Positions 36,489 through 45,796 of a DNA stretch of 59,940 bases are shown one piece after another. The notes beneath the pieces are model-generated. The model saw only the letters and a list, made by a program, of their open reading frames with translations. It was not told the origin of the DNA and did no database searches. Source of the stretch: an uncultured Elusimicrobia bacterium (lineage in GTDB: Bacteria; Elusimicrobiota; Elusimicrobia; UBA1565; UBA9628); assembly GCA_964450975.1 (NCBI GenBank), contig CAYVFO010000001.1:1-59940 (forward strand), in the 5' to 3' direction. The first letter of the stretch is position 1. Each line of letters begins with the position of its first letter. Made by a program: the position numbers and the translations under genes.

Positions 36489-37865
36489 TTAATTGTGTCC
36501 GACCGGAGCGGAGCCGTCTTCGAGGTACTCGCGGAGCTTGTACTTGGACGCGCTCCAGATGAACACGCCCGAGAAGCCGAACATGAGGATCGCGAAGAAC
36601 CAGAAGAACGCCGCGCCCTGGAACTTGTTGATCGCGGAGACGTACGCGGTCAGCACGTTGCCGGCGAACACGGTCAAGAACCAGAAGCTCATGATCGTGC
36701 TCTTCATCTGCCGGGGCGCCTGCGTGTACGCGAACTCGAGACCCGTGATCGAGACCATGATCTCGGCGATCGTGATCAGCAGGTACGGGATGAACTGCCA
36801 GCCGATCGAGGGCACGCCGCCCGCGTCGATCGCGCTCTGGATGAGCGCGGCCGCCGCGAACGAGGTCGCCGCGATCACCATGCCGCCCGACATGCGGCGC
36901 AGGGCGGTCATCTCGTACTTGAACGTCTTCTCGATGAACGGATAGACGCCCTTGGCGAAGATCGGGATGAGCACCATCACCATGATGGGGTTCAGCGCCG
37001 AGATCTGCGACGCCTCGAACTTGATGCCGAGGAAGTTCAGGTTCATCTGCTGCGCCTGGAGCACCCACGACGAACCGTGCTGGTCGAACAGCGCCCAGAA
37101 GACGGACACGGTCGCGAACACCTTGAAGATGTCCTTGGCCGCGCGCGCGCCCTCGATCTCGTCGGCCGCGAACTTGGGCGACGCCGCCGAGAAGAAGTCG
37201 CCGCCCGGCTTGCGCTTGCCCTGCAGCGCCGCGAGGAAGATCGGCATGAAGCCCGACTTTCCGGTCTTGCCCGTCGGAGGCACGTTGACGAACTCCTTGC
37301 GGCCGAGCCAGAACACGAAGGTCGCCACGGCCATGAGGATGCCGGGGATGCCGAACGCCCAGGACGCGCCGTATTTCACGAGCACCCAGGGCGTGAGCAA
37401 GGTCGAGAAGAAGGAGCCGAAGTTGATCGCGAAGTAGAAGATGTCGAAGATCTTCGGCACGAGCTCCTTGTTCTTGTCGGTGAACTGGTCGCCGACGTGC
37501 GCGGAGACGCAGGGCTTGATGCCGCCCGCGCCGAGCGCGATCAGACCGAGGCCCACGTAGACGCCGGTCTTCGTCTCGAAGATCGAGAGGACGAGGTGGC
37601 CGAGACAGTAGACGATCGAGAGCGTCATGATCGTGCGGTACTTGCCCCAGAAGCGGTCGGAGATCCACGCGCCGATCAGAGGCGTGAAGTAGCACGCGGA
37701 GACGAACCAGTGGTAGACGGCGGTCGCCTCGTGCTTGGGCATCGCGAGTTGGCTGACCATGAAGACGGTCAGGATCGCGCGCATTCCGTAGTAGCTGAAG
37801 CGCTCGCACGCCTCGTTGCCGACGATGTACTTGATCTGCGGGGGGAAGCCGTGGGTCTTGGTCAT
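36489..37865 (-). CDS. POT/PTR2-family proton-dependent oligopeptide transporter
   Basis: 458 aa. GNEACERFSYYGMRAIL and FTPLIGAWISDRFWGKY signature motifs. ATGA overlap with the dapA stop. Confidence 0.9.
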   Translation of the reverse strand: MTKTHGFPPQIKYIVGNEACERFSYYGMRAILTVFMVSQLAMPKHEATAVYHWFVSACYFTPLIGAWISDRFWGKYRTIMTLSIVYCLGHLVLSIFETKTGVYVGLGLIALGAGGIKPCVSAHVGDQFTDKNKELVPKIFDIFYFAINFGSFFSTLLTPWVLVKYGASWAFGIPGILMAVATFVFWLGRKEFVNVPPTGKTGKSGFMPIFLAALQGKRKPGGDFFSAASPKFAADEIEGARAAKDIFKVFATVSVFWALFDQHGSSWVLQAQQMNLNFLGIKFEASQISALNPIMVMVLIPIFAKGVYPFIEKTFKYEMTALRRMSGGMVIAATSFAAAALIQSAIDAGGVPSIGWQFIPYLLITIAEIMVSITGLEFAYTQAPRQMKSTIMSFWFLTVFAGNVLTAYVSAINKFQGAAFFWFFAILMFGFSGVFIWSASKYKLREYLEDGSAPVGHN

Positions 37866-38746
37866 TTGATGAGTCCTGACTCCTTGAGCGCCTTCTTGAG
37901 GCCGGCGCGGTTGTCTTGCGAAAGGGGCGTGAGCGGCAGGCGCGGCTCGGGACGGCACAGGCCCAGCATGGCCTGCGCGGCCTTCACGGGGATCGGGTTC
38001 GTCTCGACGAACAGCGACTTGATCAGGGGGAACAGCGCGAGATGCAGCTTGGCCGCCTTCGCGTAGTCGCCCGCGAGCGCCGCGGCGCACATCGCCTGCG
38101 TCCGCTTCGGGTCGACGTTGGCGACCACGGAGATCACGCCTTTCGCGCCGACGGACATCATCGGGATCGTGAGGCTGTCGTCGCCGGAGAGGACCGTGAA
38201 GCCTTTCGGGGCGAGCGTCAAAATCTCGGAGACCTGGTCGAGGGAGCCCGCGGCTTCCTTGACCGCGACGATCGTCGGGCAATCCTCGGCGAGACGCGCG
38301 ATCGTCTTCGGCGCCATGTTGACGCCCGTGCGGCCGGGGATGTTGTAGACGACGATCGGAAGCCGCGACTCGCGGGCGACCGCCTTGAAGTGCTGGTAGA
38401 TGCCCTCTTGCGTCGGCTTGTTGTAGTAGGGGGCCAGGACGAGCAAGGCGTCGGCGCCGAGGCTCTCGGCCTCGCGCGCGGACTCGACGGCCTTCCACGT
38501 CGCGTTCGTGCCGACGCCGGCGATCACGGGGACGTCGCCGCGCGATTCCTCGCAGGCGATCTCGATGCAGCGGCGATACTCCTCGTGCATGAGCGTCGCG
38601 GCCTCTCCCGTCGAGCCGCAGGGGACCAGGCCCCGCGTCCCGCCCTTAATCTGCAGGCGGATGAGCCGGCGGTACGAATCCTCGTCGAGCGCGCCCGACT
38701 TGTCGAACGGAGTCGTGAGAGCGACGTAAGAGCCTTCGAACTTCAT
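37862..38746 (-). CDS. dapA: 4-hydroxy-tetrahydrodipicolinate synthase
   Basis: 294 aa. GSTGEAATL, YNKPTQEG, YNIPGRTG and VAVKEA (catalytic Lys) blocks. Confidence 0.92.
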   Translation of the reverse strand: MKFEGSYVALTTPFDKSGALDEDSYRRLIRLQIKGGTRGLVPCGSTGEAATLMHEEYRRCIEIACEESRGDVPVIAGVGTNATWKAVESAREAESLGADALLVLAPYYNKPTQEGIYQHFKAVARESRLPIVVYNIPGRTGVNMAPKTIARLAEDCPTIVAVKEAAGSLDQVSEILTLAPKGFTVLSGDDSLTIPMMSVGAKGVISVVANVDPKRTQAMCAAALAGDYAKAAKLHLALFPLIKSLFVETNPIPVKAAQAMLGLCRPEPRLPLTPLSQDNRAGLKKALKESGLIK

Positions 38747-39507
38747 ATGGAGACGACCCCCTCGAATACTGTCTCGGCGGGGCCCTCGAGCCGCGCGCCG
38801 TCGTCGAACGACACGGTCAGGACGTCGCCGCCGCGGACCTTCACGCGCGCGGGCGAGCCCGTCTTGCCGAGAGCGCGCGCGGCGAACGCCGCCGCCACCA
38901 CGCCGGTGCCGCAGGCGAGAGTCTCGTCCTCGACGCCGCGCTCGTAGGTGCGGAGCAGGAGGAGGGAGCCCTTCTTCTGCACGAAATCCACGTTCGCGCC
39001 GGCCTTGCCGAACGCCTTGTGGAAGCGCAGAGTCCGGCCGAGGCCGCGCACGTCGGTCTTCTCGACGTCGGAGACGAAGACGACCGCGTGGGGCACGCCC
39101 GTGTCGAGAAAGAAGGCCTTCACGCCGGCGGCGCGGCGCTCGCTGAGCGCGGACGGCGCGGGCATCGAGACTTCGGCGCGGCCTTTCGCGGTGAGGCGCA
39201 CGGCGAGGGGGCCGCGGTTGGTGTCGAGCGTGAACGCGCGGCCCTTCACCCAGCCGTTCTGCGCGAGCCAGAGCGCGCCCGCGCGCGAGCCGTTGCCGCA
39301 GAACGCGGCGGAGCCGTCGGCGTTCCAGTAGTCGAGGCGCGCGCGCTTGCCGCGCCTGGAGACGGAGAGCAGGCCGTCGGCGCCGATCCCGAGCCGGCGG
39401 TCGCACAGGCGCCTCGCGAGCGACGAGCCCGACGCGCCCTTCGGCAGGCCGGCGAGCAGGACGAAGTCGTTGCCGGCGCCGGAGAGCTTCCAGAAGCGGG
39501 CCTTCAC
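38743..39507 (-). CDS. dapF: diaminopimelate epimerase
   Basis: 254 aa. GAGNDFVLL, FCGNGSR and ACGTGVVAAA (the two catalytic Cys motifs). GTGA overlap upstream and ATGA overlap downstream. Confidence 0.88.
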   Translation of the reverse strand: MKARFWKLSGAGNDFVLLAGLPKGASGSSLARRLCDRRLGIGADGLLSVSRRGKRARLDYWNADGSAAFCGNGSRAGALWLAQNGWVKGRAFTLDTNRGPLAVRLTAKGRAEVSMPAPSALSERRAAGVKAFFLDTGVPHAVVFVSDVEKTDVRGLGRTLRFHKAFGKAGANVDFVQKKGSLLLLRTYERGVEDETLACGTGVVAAAFAARALGKTGSPARVKVRGGDVLTVSFDDGARLEGPAETVFEGVVSI

Positions 39508-40439
39508 CGGGGGCCTCCCTTCAAGGAGCGCGCGGCGCGGGCCGCGAGGTCCGAGCGCTTGCCCGCGGCGAGCGCTTCGAGCTCGGGGGAGGACTTGCCG
39601 CCGCCGCGCGCCATCCGCGCGCGCGCCTTGGCCCAGAGAGCCGCGCCGTCGGCGGGGTCTTCCTTGAGCACGACGTCGGCGGCGGCCGAAGCCTCCGCCC
39701 ACTTCTCGGCCTCGACGAGCCAGAGGGCCTTCGCGCGCTTGGGGCCGATCCCCGCGCCGCGCTCGATGGCCGCGTCGAGGAAGGCGACGGCCGCGGCGAG
39801 GTCGCCCTGCGCGCGGCGCGCGAACCCCGCGATCACGCGGCCGTCGGGATTCTCGGGCTCGAGCTGCAGCGCCTTTTGAATCGCGAGCTCGGCCGTCGTC
39901 CAGTCGCGCTGCGCGAGCAAGGTCTCGGCGTAGTCGCGCCAGACTTGCGCGCGGCCGTCGAGCGTCTCGAGCGCGCCCTCGTAGTGGGACGCGGAGCGGT
40001 CGAGGAAGCCGAGCTTGCGGTATATCTCGGCCAGGCCCAGGTGGGCGCCGTAGTGCCGTGGCTCGAACTCGAGCGCCTTGTGGAACAGCGGACGCGCCTG
40101 CTCGTCGAGGCCCGAGCGGTGCAGCAGGCCGCCCTGGCGCGTGAGCAGGTCGACGTTCTTCGGGAAGAGCTTCACGCCGAGCTGATAGACTCCGAGGGCG
40201 TCGTCGACGCGGCCGAGCTTGTCGAGGTTGTCGCCCATGAGCACGTAGGCTTGTCGGACGTCGTTGCCCCGCAGTGACTGGATGAACTCGGGCGTGAGCG
40301 CCGCGATCACCTCGCGCGGCTTGTCGGCGTCGGCCAGGGCTTGGACGGGGCGAATCTTGTCCGCGGACCGCTTTCCGAACGGCCCCCACGCGCGGGCGGG
40401 CGCCGCGGCGAGCAGGACGAGCAGCAGGGCGGCCCTCAT
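39504..40439 (-). CDS. secreted TPR-repeat protein
   Basis: 311 aa. Signal peptide MRAALLLVLLAAAPARA followed by several TPR units (ALGVYQLGVKLFPKN, LFHKALEFEPRH, IQKALQLEPEN). Confidence 0.75.
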   Translation of the reverse strand: MRAALLLVLLAAAPARAWGPFGKRSADKIRPVQALADADKPREVIAALTPEFIQSLRGNDVRQAYVLMGDNLDKLGRVDDALGVYQLGVKLFPKNVDLLTRQGGLLHRSGLDEQARPLFHKALEFEPRHYGAHLGLAEIYRKLGFLDRSASHYEGALETLDGRAQVWRDYAETLLAQRDWTTAELAIQKALQLEPENPDGRVIAGFARRAQGDLAAAVAFLDAAIERGAGIGPKRAKALWLVEAEKWAEASAAADVVLKEDPADGAALWAKARARMARGGGKSSPELEALAAGKRSDLAARAARSLKGGPR

Positions 40440-41392
40440 TTGCGCTCCCAGCCCGCCGCGAGGCGCGGGATCGACGCGAGGATCAGAGATTCCTTGGCGC
40501 CGTCGAGCCTGAGCGACGCGGCGATCAGGCCCTTCTCCATCGCCTCGACGACGCGGTGGTCCTCGAACATGCCGATGTCGCCGACCGGCGGCTCGACGAG
40601 ATAGTCCGCCTGGCGGCGCTGCTCGCGCGAGAGATAGGAGCCGCGGATGTCGATGACCTGCAGGAGGCTCTCGAGCACGTTCTCGGGGCGCGAGACGGTG
40701 TAGTCGGTCTCGGTGACCGAGGCGATCGTCCACTCCGCTCCGAGCAGCTTCGCCGCGTCGACGGGGATGTAGTCGACGACGCCGCCGTCGACGAGGAAGC
40801 GGTGCCGGTACTCGAGCGGCTTGAAGATGCCGGGCAGGTTCATGCTCGCGCGCACGGCCTTCGCGACGTCGCCGTCGCGGAAGATCACCGCCTCGCCGGT
40901 GTAGACGTCCATCGCGACGCAGGCGAACGGCTTGAGAGTCTGATCGAAACGGATGCCGCCGAGGCCCTCGCGCAGCATTATCTCCGTGCGCTCGGAGGAG
41001 AGCAGCTTGTCGAACAGGAGCAGCGAGATGAGGCGCGCGCTCGAGAGATCGTTGCCGGAGCCGACCTTGATCGTCGCGGCGAACTCCCAGATCTTCTTGA
41101 CGGGCAGTCCCGACGCGTACATCGAGCCCATGACCGCGCCCATCGAGGTGCCGGCGACCGTGTCGATGGGGAAGCCGGCGTCCTCGAGCGCCTGGATCAC
41201 GCCGACGTGCGCGGCGCCGCGCAGCGAGCCCGCCGAGAGCACGAGGCCGACCTTCGGGCGGCGCGACGACGGCGCCTGCCGGACCTCGCGCCAGAGATGG
41301 TCGCGCAGCAAGGCGTCGGAGGAGAGGTCGGGGCTCGCCGCGGCGGGAGCCGCGAGAAGGGCCGCCAGGAGCGCCGCGGCCGCGCGGTTCAT
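40436..41392 (-). CDS. secreted patatin-like phospholipase
   Basis: 318 aa with a signal peptide. GTSMG (GxSxG) and LVDGG (catalytic Asp) motifs. Confidence 0.85.
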   Translation of the reverse strand: MNRAAAALLAALLAAPAAASPDLSSDALLRDHLWREVRQAPSSRRPKVGLVLSAGSLRGAAHVGVIQALEDAGFPIDTVAGTSMGAVMGSMYASGLPVKKIWEFAATIKVGSGNDLSSARLISLLLFDKLLSSERTEIMLREGLGGIRFDQTLKPFACVAMDVYTGEAVIFRDGDVAKAVRASMNLPGIFKPLEYRHRFLVDGGVVDYIPVDAAKLLGAEWTIASVTETDYTVSRPENVLESLLQVIDIRGSYLSREQRRQADYLVEPPVGDIGMFEDHRVVEAMEKGLIAASLRLDGAKESLILASIPRLAAGWERK

Positions 41393-42687
41393 TGGATCAG
41401 TTCGCGGCCGACGGCGCGCTCGAAGCGCGCGCGCGCGACGATGTGCTCGACGACGGATTCGGTCCACGCGAGGCGCGTCGCGAGCAGCCCCTCCCGAGCG
41501 CGCAGGCGCGAGAGCGCCGGACCCGCTTTGCCGGAGGCGGCCTCGAAGAGAGAGAGGAGCTTCTTGTACTGCTGCTCGCGGCGCGGCCACTCGTCCTGCC
41601 ACCACTTGAGGTTCTCGGCGGCCTGGCGGACCTCGAGGCGCACGCGGTCCTGGAGATCGGCGCGCGCGAGCTGGCCCTGGCGCTGCTCGGCGCGCTTCTG
41701 CTTGAGCTGGCTCCAGAAGTCGTAGGAGATCGGCACCTTGATGCCGATCGAGACGTCCCAATTGTTGTTCTTGAGCGGGAAGCGCGTCGCGGTGAGCTCG
41801 TAGTCGCCGGCGAGATAGACTGTCGGATTGCGGCGGCCGATCGCGAGGTTCACGCCGATCGCGTCCATCTGCGCGCGGTACGTCTGCGACTGCAGCTCGG
41901 GGCGCAGCTCCATCGCCCAGGTGACGGCCTTCTCGACCTCGACGCGCGCCTGGCGGGTCTCGAGGCGCCCGTCGACGCGGAACGGCGTGTCGAGCTCGAG
42001 GCTCAGGGTCTTGAGGAACACGAGGCGGGCGGCCTCGAGCGCGTGCTTGGCCTCGATCGCGCGCGAGCGCGAGGACGCGAGCGCGGCCTCCGCCTCGACG
42101 CGCTCCCACGGGCCGAGCCCGCCGTCATCGGCGGCGCGCTCGAGCGACTTCGCGTGGTCCTCGTAGGCGGCGAGGCGCTCCTGCGCGGCGAGCAGGCGGT
42201 AGAACGCCTCCTTCGTCTGCAGCGCCAGGTCCATCTTGACCGAGTCGCGGTTGGAGAGCGCCTGCTTGTGCGACGCCTGCGCGAGGCGCAGAGTGTTCAT
42301 CGTGCGCTGACCCTCGTAGAGGGCCATGTTGAAGTACGCGCGGCCGGAGTAGATGCTCTCCGACGGCGCGCCGGGGAAGAGCAGCAGCGAGCGGAACTCC
42401 TGCGACAGCGCGAACGGGTAGCGGGCGTCGTACTTCGTCGCGCTCGCCTGCAGGCCGATGTCGGGCAGGAAGCGGAGCTTGGCCTCGGTGACGCGCGACC
42501 CGGCGATGATGACGTCCTGCTCGGCGGACTGGAGCTTCGGGTCGTTGCGCACGAGGCGCAGGCACTCCTCGAGCGTGAAGACCTTCTCGGGCGCGCCTTC
42601 GCCGGAGACGGAAAGGACCTGGGCGCGCGCCTGCGGGCCCGTCAGGGCGAGAACGAGGAGGGCGGCGAGGGCGCGGCGCATCATCAC
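41389..42687 (-). CDS. TolC-family outer-membrane efflux protein
   Basis: 432 aa with a signal peptide. Two-repeat OEP architecture (LTLEECLRLVRNDPKLQSAEQD...). Confidence 0.8.
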   Translation of the reverse strand: MMMRRALAALLVLALTGPQARAQVLSVSGEGAPEKVFTLEECLRLVRNDPKLQSAEQDVIIAGSRVTEAKLRFLPDIGLQASATKYDARYPFALSQEFRSLLLFPGAPSESIYSGRAYFNMALYEGQRTMNTLRLAQASHKQALSNRDSVKMDLALQTKEAFYRLLAAQERLAAYEDHAKSLERAADDGGLGPWERVEAEAALASSRSRAIEAKHALEAARLVFLKTLSLELDTPFRVDGRLETRQARVEVEKAVTWAMELRPELQSQTYRAQMDAIGVNLAIGRRNPTVYLAGDYELTATRFPLKNNNWDVSIGIKVPISYDFWSQLKQKRAEQRQGQLARADLQDRVRLEVRQAAENLKWWQDEWPRREQQYKKLLSLFEAASGKAGPALSRLRAREGLLATRLAWTESVVEHIVARARFERAVGRELIQ

Positions 42688-42694
42688 GGCGGGG

Positions 42695-43255
42695 TCAAAC
42701 CTTGAACGACTTGGTGAGGTGATCGAGCTCGACTTTCAGCGACTTCAGGTCCTCGCGGGCGCGGTCGGCGCCCTCGGGGAGACGCTTCGCGATCTCCTCG
42801 ACGCGCTCGGAGAGGCGGACGGCCAGGTTGCGGTCCTTCGCCACGAGCGTCTGCAGCGCGGAGGCCATGCCGTTGAACTCCTCCTGCAGCTCCATGAGCT
42901 CGTCGCCGGTGCGCAGGCTCACGCGGTGCGTGAGGTCGCCGGTCGAGAGCGACTGGCAGGACTTCTCGAAGCGGTAGATGGGACCCGCGAAGCGGTGGGA
43001 CACGTACAGCGAGATCAGCAGCATCAGGCCGAGGTAGAGCGCCACCTTCACGAGCAGGACCGTGTTGAACTGCACGACGCGGTCGGTGACCGACGGGCAC
43101 TCCGTGAGCATGACGCGCGAGAGCGAGTAGTAGACGTCGCCGCCGACGATGAGCGACGCCACGAGCACGCTCAAGAACACCATGCCGATGTACTTGAGCT
43201 GGAGCGAACGCTTGACGAGGACCGTCTTGCGCTGGAACCTCTGCTCGTCTTCCAT
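42695..43255 (-). CDS. two-TM HAMP-domain protein without recognisable output domain
   Basis: 186 aa. TM, short loop, TM, then HAMP (RFAGPIYRFEKSCQSLSTGDLTHRVSLRTGDELMELQEEFNGMA) and a coiled coil. Strong SD (AAGGAG). Confidence 0.65.
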   Translation of the reverse strand: MEDEQRFQRKTVLVKRSLQLKYIGMVFLSVLVASLIVGGDVYYSLSRVMLTECPSVTDRVVQFNTVLLVKVALYLGLMLLISLYVSHRFAGPIYRFEKSCQSLSTGDLTHRVSLRTGDELMELQEEFNGMASALQTLVAKDRNLAVRLSERVEEIAKRLPEGADRAREDLKSLKVELDHLTKSFKV

Positions 43256-43274
43256 CGGTCTCCTTAGGCGGCTC

Positions 43275-44300
43275 TTACAGCAGATCGTCCGAGAATTTGA
43301 GCCACTCGGGCGTCACGGTGCGGAGCTTCGCGACCGCGGCCTCGAGGGGCACGGGCACGATCTGGTCGCCCTTCTGCGCGACCATGTTGCCGAACTTGCC
43401 CTCGTGCACGAGCTCCGCGGCCTTCACGCCGACGCGCGTGCCGAGGATGCGGTCGAACATCGTGGGGCCGCCGCCGCGCTGCATGTGGCCGATCACGGCG
43501 GTGCGGGTCTCGATCTTCGTCTCCGTCTCGATGATCTTGGCGAGGCGCTCCGCGACGCCGCGGTCCTTGAGGATCATGTGCCCGAACTCGTCGAGCGCCT
43601 CCTCCTTCTTCTCGCCGGGGATGTCGACGGCCTCGGAGGCCACGACGAGCGCGACCTTGCGGGCGGCGTGCGCGGCCTTCACCTTCGCGCACATGTCCTT
43701 GATGTCGACGGGGCGCTCGGGAACGCAGAGATAGTCCGCGCCGCCGCCGATCGCGGTGTAGAGCGCGACCCAGCCGGCGTGGCGGCCCATGACCTCGAGG
43801 ACCATGCAGCGGCGGTGCGAGCGGCCCGTGTCGCGCAGGCGCTCGAGCGCCTCCATCGCGAGGGTCGCCGCGGTGTCGAAGCCGAACGTGAAGTCGGTGG
43901 CGTCGAGATCGTTGTCCATCGTCTTCGGCACGCCGATCACGTTGAGCTTGTGCTCCTTGTAGAGCTTGTTGGCGACGCCGAGCGTGTCCTCGCCGCCGAG
44001 CGCGACGAGCGCGTGCAGATCGAGCTTCTTGAAAGACGCGAGAACGCCCTCGACGCCCTTGTCCTTCTTGTAAGGGTTCGTGCGCGACGTGCCGAGGATC
44101 GTGCCGCCCTTGCCCACGATCTCCTGGACGTCGGCCGGCGTGACGGGAACCGCGGTGCCCGCGATCATGCCCTTCCAGCCCTCCTGGATGCCGAGGACCT
44201 CGTAGCCGAGCTTGTGCGCCTTGAGCACGACGCCGCGGATCGCGGGGTTGAGGCCGGGGCAGTCTCCGCCGCCGGTGAGAATTCCGATTTTCTTGGCCAT
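43275..44300 (-). CDS. pfk: 6-phosphofructokinase (group III; ATP- or PPi-dependent cannot be decided by eye)
   Basis: 341 aa. GGDCPGLN, GGEDTLG, PKTMDNDL and MGRHAG motifs. Confidence 0.9.
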   Translation of the reverse strand: MAKKIGILTGGGDCPGLNPAIRGVVLKAHKLGYEVLGIQEGWKGMIAGTAVPVTPADVQEIVGKGGTILGTSRTNPYKKDKGVEGVLASFKKLDLHALVALGGEDTLGVANKLYKEHKLNVIGVPKTMDNDLDATDFTFGFDTAATLAMEALERLRDTGRSHRRCMVLEVMGRHAGWVALYTAIGGGADYLCVPERPVDIKDMCAKVKAAHAARKVALVVASEAVDIPGEKKEEALDEFGHMILKDRGVAERLAKIIETETKIETRTAVIGHMQRGGGPTMFDRILGTRVGVKAAELVHEGKFGNMVAQKGDQIVPVPLEAAVAKLRTVTPEWLKFSDDLL

Positions 44301-44304
44301 GGTT

Positions 44305-45105
44305 TTAGAAGTTGTGAGCGTAGCGGAGCTGGACGACGCGCTCGGGTCCGCGCGTGGCCCCGTCGCTGTACTCGCCGCCGGCGCCGATCGCGCGGAGCGC
44401 GAAGTCCACGTTGAAGTTCGACGTCAGGTGCGCGCGCAGGCCCATGTTGAGCCGCGAGTCGCTCCAGTTGTTGATGTTGTCCCACTCCATCAGGATCGTC
44501 GCCTTGTCCTTGATGTTGATCGACAGCGGGATCGAGCCGAAGATGCCGTTGCTGTCGAAGTCGGAGATGTTGAACGACGGATGGATCTGCAGGCCGGGCG
44601 TGCCGAGCTCCTTCGTCGCGACGACGTAAAAGCCGCGCTGGCGCTGGTTGAAGCGGCGCGGGATCGTGTTGTACTTGTAGCCCTGGCCGTCGAAGCCGAC
44701 CGCCATCGAGGGCAGCTCGTTGTCGCCCTCGTAGAAGCGCCACTTCACCTGCGCCGTCGGCGCGCGCATGCGCACGTGCCGCTCGTCGCCGATGAGCCCG
44801 TCGACCGACGCGGACGCGCCGAGGTTGACGCCGGGATACACGCCGAAGGAGAGATACTGGAGCACGCCGCCGCGCGAGTAGAAGCGCGAGCGCGAGGAGA
44901 AGCCGTAGTTGTCGAGCACCGCGGTGGTCGGCGCGTCGATGACCTCGGTCTCGGGCTGCATGCCGCCGTCGCGGGCGCTGGAGCGCGGAGCGCGCGTCGA
45001 CGAGGAGGACTTGGGCTTGATCTTGACGGCGTCCGACGTCGGCTCCTCCGCGCGGACGGGCGAGACGAGCAGGAGGGCGACGGCGAAAGAAAGCGTGAGT
45101 TTCAT
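44305..45105 (-). CDS. outer-membrane beta-barrel protein, unknown function
   Basis: 266 aa. Signal peptide, alternating hydrophobic beta-strand pattern and a C-terminal ...LRYAHNF (aromatic terminus). Confidence 0.5.
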   Translation of the reverse strand: MKLTLSFAVALLLVSPVRAEEPTSDAVKIKPKSSSSTRAPRSSARDGGMQPETEVIDAPTTAVLDNYGFSSRSRFYSRGGVLQYLSFGVYPGVNLGASASVDGLIGDERHVRMRAPTAQVKWRFYEGDNELPSMAVGFDGQGYKYNTIPRRFNQRQRGFYVVATKELGTPGLQIHPSFNISDFDSNGIFGSIPLSINIKDKATILMEWDNINNWSDSRLNMGLRAHLTSNFNVDFALRAIGAGGEYSDGATRGPERVVQLRYAHNF

Positions 45106-45125
45106 TGATTAATCCTGGTGCGGGA

Positions 45126-45512
45126 TCACTCGGACTTGCCGAGGATGGCGGCGATGCGGTCGTGCAGCTTGGCCATCTCGAAGGGCTTCTGGAGGACCTC
45201 CGCCGCGCCGCTCATGAGCGCGATGCCCTTCTCTTTGACCGTGTCGCGGCTGGTCATGATCATGATCTTCGGGGCCTTCGCGCCGAGCTTGTTGGTGAGC
45301 TCGTAGGCGACGTGATAGCCGTCGATGTACGGCATCATGACGTCGAGGAGAACGAGATCGAGCGTCTCGTTGAGCGCCGTCTGCAGCGCGTCCTTTCCGT
45401 TGGCGGCCGCGAGGACCTCATAGCCCTGATAGGCGAGGTCCATCTTCAGCAGGTCGAGGAGATCGGGATCGTCGTCCGCGACCAGAATCCGCTTCTTTTT
45501 GGCGTCGGCCAT
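45126..45512 (-). CDS. stand-alone response-regulator receiver (CheY-like)
   Basis: 128 aa. DD pair (VADDDPD), phospho-acceptor LVLLDVMMP, conserved T (MTS) and K (QKPF). Confidence 0.9.
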   Translation of the reverse strand: MADAKKKRILVADDDPDLLDLLKMDLAYQGYEVLAAANGKDALQTALNETLDLVLLDVMMPYIDGYHVAYELTNKLGAKAPKIMIMTSRDTVKEKGIALMSGAAEVLQKPFEMAKLHDRIAAILGKSE

Positions 45513-45519
45513 TCTTCTC

Positions 45520-45547
45520 CTTATATGAGCGTTGGAATTCTACCCAA
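45520..45547 (-). promoter_or_regulatory. promoter/RBS region of the 12-gene array (two alternative -10 boxes)
   Basis: The minus strand reads TTGGGTAGAATTCCAACGCTCATATAAGGAGAAGAATG. Either TAGAAT (45537-45542) gives a ~20-nt leader carrying an AAGGAG SD, or TTGGGT-N16-TATAAG-N7-ATG gives a leaderless transcript. Confidence 0.4.
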
Positions 45548-45557
45548 AAATGGCACG

Positions 45558-45796
45558 AAACGACAACGGAAAACCACAAAGACACGAAGACACGAAGAAC
45601 GGCGACGGAAAGAATGGATAACGGAAAAACACGAAGACGGCGAAGGACGGCGAAGACGGATAAGAACGAAACGGAAAAAGATGATACGGCAACGGAGGCC
45701 GTGGCCGTTAAACCCTCAATCCGTTCTTCGCCGTCCTTCGCCGTTCTTGGCGCGTAGGACGTCGGACCATCTTCGTGTTTTGCCGTTGTCGCCGTT
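45558..45796. repeat. structured inverted-repeat intergenic element, copy 2
   Basis: Same orientation as copy 1. 45630-45680 is identical to 19267-19317 (51 nt) and 45713-45755 is identical to 19359-19401 (43 nt). The apical hairpin differs. It abuts the dnaE TAA stop (45795-45797). Confidence 0.8.
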
